Origin: a phage
Strand: one strand, 5' to 3'
Sequence record: OZ336093.1
Length of the DNA: 64,000 nt
The position numbers were made by a program, and so were the translations under genes. This document shows positions 59,357-64,000 of this stretch, one piece after another. Positions within the stretch are counted from its first letter, which is position 1. Every line of letters starts with the position of its first letter. A model generated the notes under the pieces. It did not search any database and was not told the origin of the DNA. It saw only the letters and a list, made by a program, of their open reading frames with translations.

Positions 59357-59503
59357 ATTATCTTTGTAGATAAGTTATTAAGCTTACCTGTGAGTATGCG
59401 ACCACAAAGGGTGAAAGGGTAAATTCTAGATTTAAACCCAACAAGGCACATCGCTACAGACCTTAAGCAAGTCTGGGTAGCTTATCTACAAAGATAATTT
59501 AAT

Positions 59504-59579
59504 GGAAGTGTAGCAGAATGGTGATGCGGCAGACTTTTAATCTGACAGGCGATGGGTTCGAATCCCTCCACTTCTACCA
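59504..59579 (+). tRNA. tRNA-Lys (anticodon TTT)
   Basis: loop CTTTTAA, T-stem with one bulged T, CCA encoded. Confidence 0.6.
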
Positions 59580-59583
59580 ATAT

Positions 59584-59660
59584 GGTTCAGTCGCAGATAA
59601 GGTAATGCAAGGGTCTCATAAGCCCTATGAATGTGGGTTCGATTCCCATCTGAACCTCCA
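59584..59660 (+). tRNA. tRNA-Met (anticodon CAT)
   Basis: loop CTCATAA flanked by GGG/CCC stem, acceptor GGTTCAG/CTGAACC, CCA encoded. Confidence 0.7.
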
Positions 59661-59661
59661 A

Positions 59662-59738
59662 GCTGGTATAGTTAAGAAGGTTATAACACTCCCCTGATAA
59701 GGGAACATCGGTGGTTCGATTCCACCTACCAGTACCAA
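59662..59738 (+). tRNA. tRNA-Ile (anticodon GAT)
   Basis: loop CTGATAA, T-arm GGTGG-TTCGATT-CCACC, CCA encoded. Confidence 0.65.
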
Positions 59739-59753
59739 TTTCAATAAAGTTGT

Positions 59754-59782
59754 TGACATTGAGATGTGACTACTTTATAGTA
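59754..59782 (+). promoter_or_regulatory. sigma70-like promoter TTGACA-N17-TATAGT inside the tRNA array
   Basis: consensus -35 with 17 bp spacer and TATAGT -10; followed by about 200 nt with no tRNA. Confidence 0.6.
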
Positions 59783-59983
59783 ACCTTAGTTTTCGTTGCG
59801 TAGCGTCTATTTTGCAAATTTAAAATAAATGCAAACGACAATGTTTTTCTGGCAGTAGCTTGATAGGCTAAACACCAGCGAGGTCTTCCAATCCCTCATC
59901 AAAGAATTTGGCGTACTAGCCCACGGTATGATTAATAAGGTGGGCATCTTTAAGGGCTTTCTAAGAGAGTCTTTAAAGATTAA

Positions 59984-60060
59984 TGCACCCTTAGTTCAAT
60001 TGGATAGAGCAACGGTCTTCTAAATCGTTAGTTACAGGTTCGAATCCTGTAGGGTGTGCC
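59984..60060 (+). tRNA. tRNA-Arg (anticodon TCT)
   Basis: loop CTTCTAA, T-arm ACAGG-TTCGAAT-CCTGT, CCA encoded. Confidence 0.7.
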
Positions 60061-60203
60061 AATTAGTTAGCAGATTACTTAGACGACCTAAGCGGGTCTT
60101 CCTGTAGGGAGGTGGTCTGTATCTCATGTTTTCCAGAACATGTAAATAATCTGAGAAGGGGCTTTACAGTGTTGAGATAATACGGTAAGCTTCGAATTAT
60201 AGT

Positions 60204-60286
60204 ATGGGACGATGTTAAGACTCTAAGGCATGAGCAACGGCCTCCAAAACCGTTTCAAAGGGGTTCAAATCCTCCGTCCCATGCCA
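60204..60286 (+). tRNA. tRNA-Trp-like (anticodon CCA), irregular
   Basis: anticodon arm resembles E. coli tRNA-Trp (CTCCAAA loop); about 7 extra nt between acceptor and D-stem. Confidence 0.45.
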
Positions 60287-60299
60287 AAGTCTTATTAGG

Positions 60300-60387
60300 G
60301 GTAGGTAGCGGCTAATGGCAGCCAAACAGTCTTGAAAACTGTTGCCACTGTAGAGATACGGTGAGGGTTCGACTCCTTTACTTACCG
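60300..60387 (+). tRNA. tRNA-Ser (anticodon TGA), long variable arm
   Basis: loop CTTGAAA, long variable arm; CCA not encoded. Confidence 0.65.
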
Positions 60388-60544
60388 CCTAATAAGATTT
60401 AAAGCCAAGCTTCATTCGGATGTTGCTTTGGTATACCGCGTGTATTGTTGTACGCACTGATAAAGCACCTAGTAGGTGTCACGGAGAAGAGATAATATCA
60501 AGCTCTCCAAAGGTTCTAGTCACCGGATTAAACAAGACTATGCA

Positions 60545-60568
60545 AAGACCTTTTTAGGTCTTTTTAGA
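60545..60568 (+). terminator. hairpin terminator within tRNA array
   Basis: AAGACCT-TTTT-AGGTCTT followed by TTTT. Confidence 0.5.
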
Positions 60569-60645
60569 GGGCTTCTAAGGTTATTACAGCTTGTTGTGGA
60601 ACCTTGTTGCTTAGGTTCTTAGAAGTTCTCTAAAAAGATTTAATG

Positions 60646-60723
60646 GGAGATTGACGGTAATTGGTAAACCTACCATCCTTAGAAGTTGGTGTTTGAGGGT
60701 TCGAATCCCTTGTCTCCTACCAA
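60646..60723 (+). tRNA. tRNA with anticodon TAG (nominally Leu) on a short-variable-arm scaffold
   Basis: loop CTTAGAA, acceptor GGGAGAT/GTCTCCT, CCA encoded; weak D-stem. Confidence 0.5.
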
Positions 60724-60730
60724 ATTAATG

Positions 60731-60806
60731 CAGGTGTAGCAAAATGGTTATGCGGCTGACTCTTAATCAGTAAGACGATGGGTTCAATTCCCTCCACCTG
60801 TACCAG
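60731..60806 (+). tRNA. tRNA-Lys (anticodon CTT)
   Basis: loop CTCTTAA; paralogous to the TTT copy incl. bulged T-stem; CCA encoded. Confidence 0.6.
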
Positions 60807-60812
60807 ACATTG

Positions 60813-60888
60813 GGGATGTAGTTTACATGGTTAAAACATAAGTTTTGCAAACTTAAGTACAGGGTTCAATTCCCTGCTTCTCCACCAA
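60813..60888 (+). tRNA. tRNA-Ala (anticodon TGC)
   Basis: D-stem GTTT/AAAC, loop TTTGCAA, T-arm CAGGG-TTCAATT-CCCTG, CCA encoded. Confidence 0.7.
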
Positions 60889-60894
60889 TTAGTG

Positions 60895-60969
60895 CATCCA
60901 TAGTTTAAACGGGAAAATTACAGTCTTCCAAACTGAGGTTGAGGGTTCGATTCCCTCTGGATGCTCCAA
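60895..60969 (+). tRNA. tRNA-Gly (anticodon TCC)
   Basis: loop CTTCCAA, acceptor GCATCCA/TGGATGC, CCA encoded. Confidence 0.65.
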
Positions 60970-60976
60970 ATTAATG

Positions 60977-61053
60977 CTGCTTTCGTATAATTGGCTATTA
61001 CACATCCCTTGTAAGGATGGAAATGCGGGTTCGAGTCCTGTGAGCAGCACCAA
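60977..61053 (+). tRNA. tRNA-Thr (anticodon TGT)
   Basis: stem CATCC/GGATG around loop CTTGTAA, CCA encoded. Confidence 0.7.
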
Positions 61054-61055
61054 TT

Positions 61056-61147
61056 CAGAGGTCAAGTGAAAGACCGCTGGTGTCAACTGAAGACCGTAAC
61101 AAATTCCACGGAGTTGAGTTAGCGGCACAACTTCAGACCTCTTTCAC
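61056..61147 (+). ncRNA. possible small structured RNA between tRNA-Thr and tRNA-Val
   Basis: about 90 nt with internal complementarity (AGTGAAAGA recurs; GAGGTC pairs with GACCTC) and no tRNA fold. Confidence 0.3.
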
Positions 61148-61222
61148 ACTCGCTTAGTTTATATGGTAAAACATCACCCTTACAAGATGAAGAAAAAGGT
61201 TCAAGTCCTTTAGTGAGTACCA
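61148..61222 (+). tRNA. tRNA-Val (anticodon TAC)
   Basis: loop CTTACAA, T-arm AAAGG-TTCAAGT-CCTTT, CCA encoded. Confidence 0.65.
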
Positions 61223-61223
61223 T

Positions 61224-61301
61224 GTTCCAGTATCCCAATTGGCAGAGGATGCAAGCTCAAACCTTGTATTAGTGACGGTTCGAATCCGTCTTGGAACACC
61301 A
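61224..61301 (+). tRNA. tRNA with anticodon CAA (nominally Leu) on a short-variable-arm scaffold
   Basis: stem GCAAG/CTTGT around loop CTCAAAC, T-arm GACGG-TTCGAAT-CCGTC, CCA encoded. Confidence 0.55.
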
Positions 61302-61306
61302 ATTTT

Positions 61307-61382
61307 GCAGGATTAGTTCAAATGGATAGAGCAACAGTCTACGAAGCTGTTAATAGGGGTTCGAATCCCTTATCCTGCGCCA
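61307..61382 (+). tRNA. tRNA-Arg (anticodon ACG)
   Basis: loop CTACGAA, D-arm GTTC..GAGC, CCA encoded. Confidence 0.7.
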
Positions 61383-61399
61383 GATAAAAAGGTGATACT

Positions 61400-61642
61400 A
61401 TGCAAACATTAACAGTAGTTGAACATGAAAACTGTGAGAATATTGAGTTTGTCAGGGTCATTGGTGTTGAACACCACATTTTCTTAAAAGTAGGGTACTT
61501 ATGTGACCCCGCTAGAGTAGAAAGATTTATACGTGATTGTTTTGGTGGTAGACAGCTAAAGAGTGTTATTTTTGAGACAGTTTTACCAGAAGGTTTAGAA
61601 ACGAATAATAACATTTATCTCCTTACAAGGATTAGACGATGA
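61400..61642 (+). CDS. hypothetical protein embedded in tRNA array
   Basis: 80 aa ORF starting 18 nt after tRNA-Arg. Confidence 0.35.
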   Translation: MQTLTVVEHENCENIEFVRVIGVEHHIFLKVGYLCDPARVERFIRDCFGGRQLKSVIFETVLPEGLETNNNIYLLTRIRR

Positions 61643-62196
61643 GATATTTAAAATATGCTTCATGGATTTTCCTAGCTTTGCTAGAACCATTAGCAGCAAC
61701 CTTAGCAGTTATCTTAGCACCTTTCGTAGTTCCATTTTACAGTGAGAAGAAAGGCCACTTACCTTTCGGATTTAGATGGATGGAGACATATGACAACCCA
61801 ATTGATGGTGACGAAGGTCATATCGAACGATGGGCTAAGATTAGAAAGATTGGTAAGCTGGGTGTCTACATGCAGAGAGTCGGATGGCTCTGGAGAAACA
61901 AAGCTTATAACTTCTCTTACCATGTATTAGGAAGAGATGTAAAAGATGTTACTAAGTGGAAAGGTAATATCAACGTAAGTTCTGACCCTGAAGATAATCA
62001 GACAGGTTATCTCCTAATGTGGAACAGTAATGCTTGGGGATTATTCGCTTTTATCCCATCAATTAAAGTCTTTGGTAAACAGTTTTACTGGAGAATTTAT
62101 ATTGGATGGAAACTAAAAAGTGTTGTCCCAGAAGAAAGAGCATTCTCAAGGGAAAGAGTTATGTTGGCATTCTTTATTCATCCACTGAGAAAGTAA
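61639..62196 (+). CDS. hypothetical membrane protein embedded in tRNA array
   Basis: 185 aa, N-terminal TM segment, Trp-rich. Confidence 0.45.
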   Translation: MRYLKYASWIFLALLEPLAATLAVILAPFVVPFYSEKKGHLPFGFRWMETYDNPIDGDEGHIERWAKIRKIGKLGVYMQRVGWLWRNKAYNFSYHVLGRDVKDVTKWKGNINVSSDPEDNQTGYLLMWNSNAWGLFAFIPSIKVFGKQFYWRIYIGWKLKSVVPEERAFSRERVMLAFFIHPLRK

Positions 62197-62204
62197 AGAT
62201 TTAA

Positions 62205-62280
62205 AGGGGATTAGTTTACAAGGTTAAAACCTCGGTCTTTGAAATCGAAGAAGTTGGTTCAATTCCAACATCCCCCGCCA
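62205..62280 (+). tRNA. tRNA-Gln (anticodon TTG)
   Basis: loop CTTTGAA, weak 1-72 pair as typical for tRNA-Gln, CCA encoded. Confidence 0.65.
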
Positions 62281-62282
62281 AT

Positions 62283-62361
62283 ACTCCATTACTCCAATTG
62301 GCAGAGAGGCCAGACTTAAAATCTGTGTTATGTATCGGTTCGAATCCGATATGGAGTACCA
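62283..62361 (+). tRNA. tRNA with anticodon TAA (nominally Leu) on a short-variable-arm scaffold
   Basis: loop CTTAAAA, T-arm ATCGG-TTCGAAT-CCGAT, about 7 nt variable loop, CCA encoded. Confidence 0.55.
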
Positions 62362-62366
62362 AATTT

Positions 62367-62442
62367 AGCGGTATAGCATAACTGGCAATGCAACAGTCTC
62401 TGAAGCTGTCCTATTAAGGTTCAAATCTTTATGCCGCTGCCA
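62367..62442 (+). tRNA. tRNA-Gln (anticodon CTG)
   Basis: loop CTCTGAA, D-stem GCAT/ATGC, CCA encoded. Confidence 0.6.
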
Positions 62443-62471
62443 CTTCTAAGGGTTCTTACGAGAGTCCTTAA

Positions 62472-62547
62472 ATGTGGCCTTATCATAAATGGTAATGACC
62501 CATGCTGTGAACATGGTCTATACGGGTTCAAATCCCGTAGGTCACCC
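62472..62547 (+). tRNA. tRNA-His (anticodon GTG)
   Basis: loop CTGTGAA, discriminator C, CCA encoded. Confidence 0.65.
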
Positions 62548-62553
62548 CAATTT

Positions 62554-62629
62554 ATAGTCCAAGTAGCTTATATGGTTAAAGCGCGTGTCTGAAAAACATG
62601 AGAAGAGGGTTCAAATCCCACTGGACTAC
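62554..62629 (+). tRNA. tRNA-Phe-like (anticodon GAA), irregular
   Basis: loop CTGAAAA, D-stem GCTT/AAGC; acceptor and T-stem register off by one. Confidence 0.5.
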
Positions 62630-62647
62630 CAATTTCAAAGGTGCTTA

Positions 62648-63382
62648 ATGAAAGAGATGACAGAACAAGGTAAGGAGATTTTTAATCTCTTAAAAACCGG
62701 TAAAGGGTTTTCTAACCCACTTATTACTGGTGCAGCAGTTCTCGGTGGAACCGTAGCTGCTTCTACATCACTTGTAAGCTCTATTAGTTCTGTAACAGAC
62801 CCTACAATGCAGGAGAAACTTGTTGCTGCTGGACTTACAACAGTCCTTCTAAACAGCTTTACAACAAGCCTTACAAGCACTACAGCAACTACTAAGACCC
62901 TGACAGACTACGGTCAAAAATCTATTGATGAGTTTTCATCACGTATGCAGGTAGCAAAGGGATATTCCAATGTTATGGGTGCAGCAGGAGAACAAGTTGG
63001 TTGTACACCGTTCAGTGGTATTATGGGTGTTGCTACAGAATATGGTCAAAAAGCTATTGATACGATTAACAGTACACTAGAGAGTGTTAACAATGTATTA
63101 AGTGACTTACAAGACGCTATTGACAAGGGTCTTGATACTGTTTCTGATTTAGCTAACCAAGCTGTCAGTAAGATTAATGAAGGTATCTCAAAGATTACAG
63201 CTTATGCAGATGAAGTTGTGCAGATGATTGAAGAAGAAGCTGCCCTTATTGCAGAGTACCTTAAAACGAATATCAATGGGTTCTTAGCAGGTATCTTACC
63301 AGACTGGTTTGATGATGCCTGTAAAACTGGTGTAATTGACACTATTGCAACACCAGAAATGAAGAACGCATTACAGAAATAA
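62648..63382 (+). CDS. hypothetical Ser/Thr-rich protein embedded in tRNA array
   Basis: start moved to first ATG downstream of tRNA-Phe (track start 62585 overlaps the tRNA). Confidence 0.45.
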   Translation: MKEMTEQGKEIFNLLKTGKGFSNPLITGAAVLGGTVAASTSLVSSISSVTDPTMQEKLVAAGLTTVLLNSFTTSLTSTTATTKTLTDYGQKSIDEFSSRMQVAKGYSNVMGAAGEQVGCTPFSGIMGVATEYGQKAIDTINSTLESVNNVLSDLQDAIDKGLDTVSDLANQAVSKINEGISKITAYADEVVQMIEEEAALIAEYLKTNINGFLAGILPDWFDDACKTGVIDTIATPEMKNALQK

Positions 63383-63383
63383 T

Positions 63384-63476
63384 GGAAGATTAACCCTAAA
63401 AGGTAAGGGAGCAGTTTGCTAAACTGCCAGTAGCTGAGAAATCGGTGTACCAGTTCAAGTCTGGTATCTTCCTCCA
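63384..63476 (+). tRNA. tRNA-Ser (anticodon GCT), long variable arm
   Basis: stem GCAGT/ACTGC around loop TTGCTAA, long variable arm, CCA encoded. Confidence 0.7.
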
Positions 63477-63480
63477 ATTT

Positions 63481-63556
63481 GAATCCGTGACAGAAATGGC
63501 TATGTGCCTGTCTGCAAAACAGGTTTATAAGGGTTCGAGTCCCTTCGGATTCTCCA
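63481..63556 (+). tRNA. tRNA-Cys (anticodon GCA)
   Basis: stem CCTGT/ACAGG around loop CTGCAAA, CCA encoded. Confidence 0.7.
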
Positions 63557-63593
63557 AGTTATTTTACTCTCTCTCAATTAAAATAATAATAAT

Positions 63594-63653
63594 GCCCTGC
63601 TATAAGTATTCTTCCTTTCGCTACCGAAGAGTATTTTTAGACAGGGCTTTTTT
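63594..63653 (+). terminator. long hairpin terminator after tRNA array
   Basis: GCCCTG...CAGGGC outer stem followed by TTTTTT. Confidence 0.6.
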
Positions 63654-63718
63654 ACAGAGTTATACTTTATAGGAAGACTTATACAGTATGTCTCTGACGT
63701 ACATTGTGGTTTCTCCTT

Positions 63719-63742
63719 GACGGTCTCTGTGCCGTCTTTTTT
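63719..63742 (+). terminator. rho-independent terminator
   Basis: GACGG-TCTCTGTGC-CGTC followed by TTTTTT. Confidence 0.5.
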
Positions 63743-63778
63743 AAGGGGAAACATGGTTAATTATTTGGAGAAAACATA

Positions 63779-63979
63779 ATGAGTGAGACCGTTTACAAAG
63801 AACTTTATGAAGCTAATAAAAAGCTAGAATTTATGCAGAACACTATCATGGCAATTGCAGATAGATTATCTGTAGCAACAGGTATTGATATTAAAGAAGC
63901 ATCTATGGATGCACTTCTTGATGCTGTTGATGCAAAGTTCGAAGTTAAGAAAGAAGAGACTGCTACAGACTCTGAATAA
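63779..63979 (+). CDS. hypothetical small acidic protein
   Basis: 66 aa ORF with GGAGAAA RBS. Confidence 0.4.
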   Translation: MSETVYKELYEANKKLEFMQNTIMAIADRLSVATGIDIKEASMDALLDAVDAKFEVKKEETATDSE

Positions 63980-64000
63980 TTCTATTTGCGGAGGCGCTTA

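Noticed and set aside
58490-61614. Minus-strand ORFs in the tRNA array (58490-58741, 58656-58895, 59194-59451, 60889-61128, 61339-61614)
   Set aside because: All lie antisense to hand-folded tRNAs or structured RNAs; their length reflects low stop-codon density, not coding
62585-62647. Track start of the 265 aa ORF
   Set aside because: The first 63 nt overlap tRNA-Phe; start moved to ATG at 62648

Overview
This window looks like part of a large virulent dsDNA phage genome (my guess is T5-like/Demerecviridae-like; that is an inference from gene content, not a database hit). All calls come from reading the six-frame translations and hand-folding RNAs; no searches were run. Layout: (1) 1-9657, minus-strand block with DHFR (partial), ATP-dependent DNA ligase, family A DNA polymerase and small unknown genes, including a two-gene cassette bracketed by repeat-rich spacers; (2) 9915-46401, a long plus-strand block with dNMP kinase, primase-helicase, SSB-like protein, flap endonuclease, GIY-YIG and HNH endonucleases, class I and class III ribonucleotide reductases, glutaredoxin, a PRPP-synthetase-like plus NadV-like pair, rIIA/rIIB homologues, a macro-domain protein, and then about 16 small ORFan genes each with its own promoter/stem-loop/leader cassette; (3) 46402-48504, a 2.1 kb non-coding region with a perfect 481 bp tandem duplication and phased GTTAAG-type repeats; (4) 48505-56148, minus-strand block with a GH24 endolysin and an Ig-like-repeat protein; (5) 56376-63979, a vWA-domain (possibly Ro60-like) protein followed by about 27 tRNA genes interspersed with four copies of a structured RNA element with covarying closing stems. 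The candidates I rank highest for novelty are the vWA protein plus structured RNAs, the repeat region at 46.4-48.5 kb, and the ORFan cassette array. Coordinates of starts and tRNA ends are approximate to a few nucleotides.
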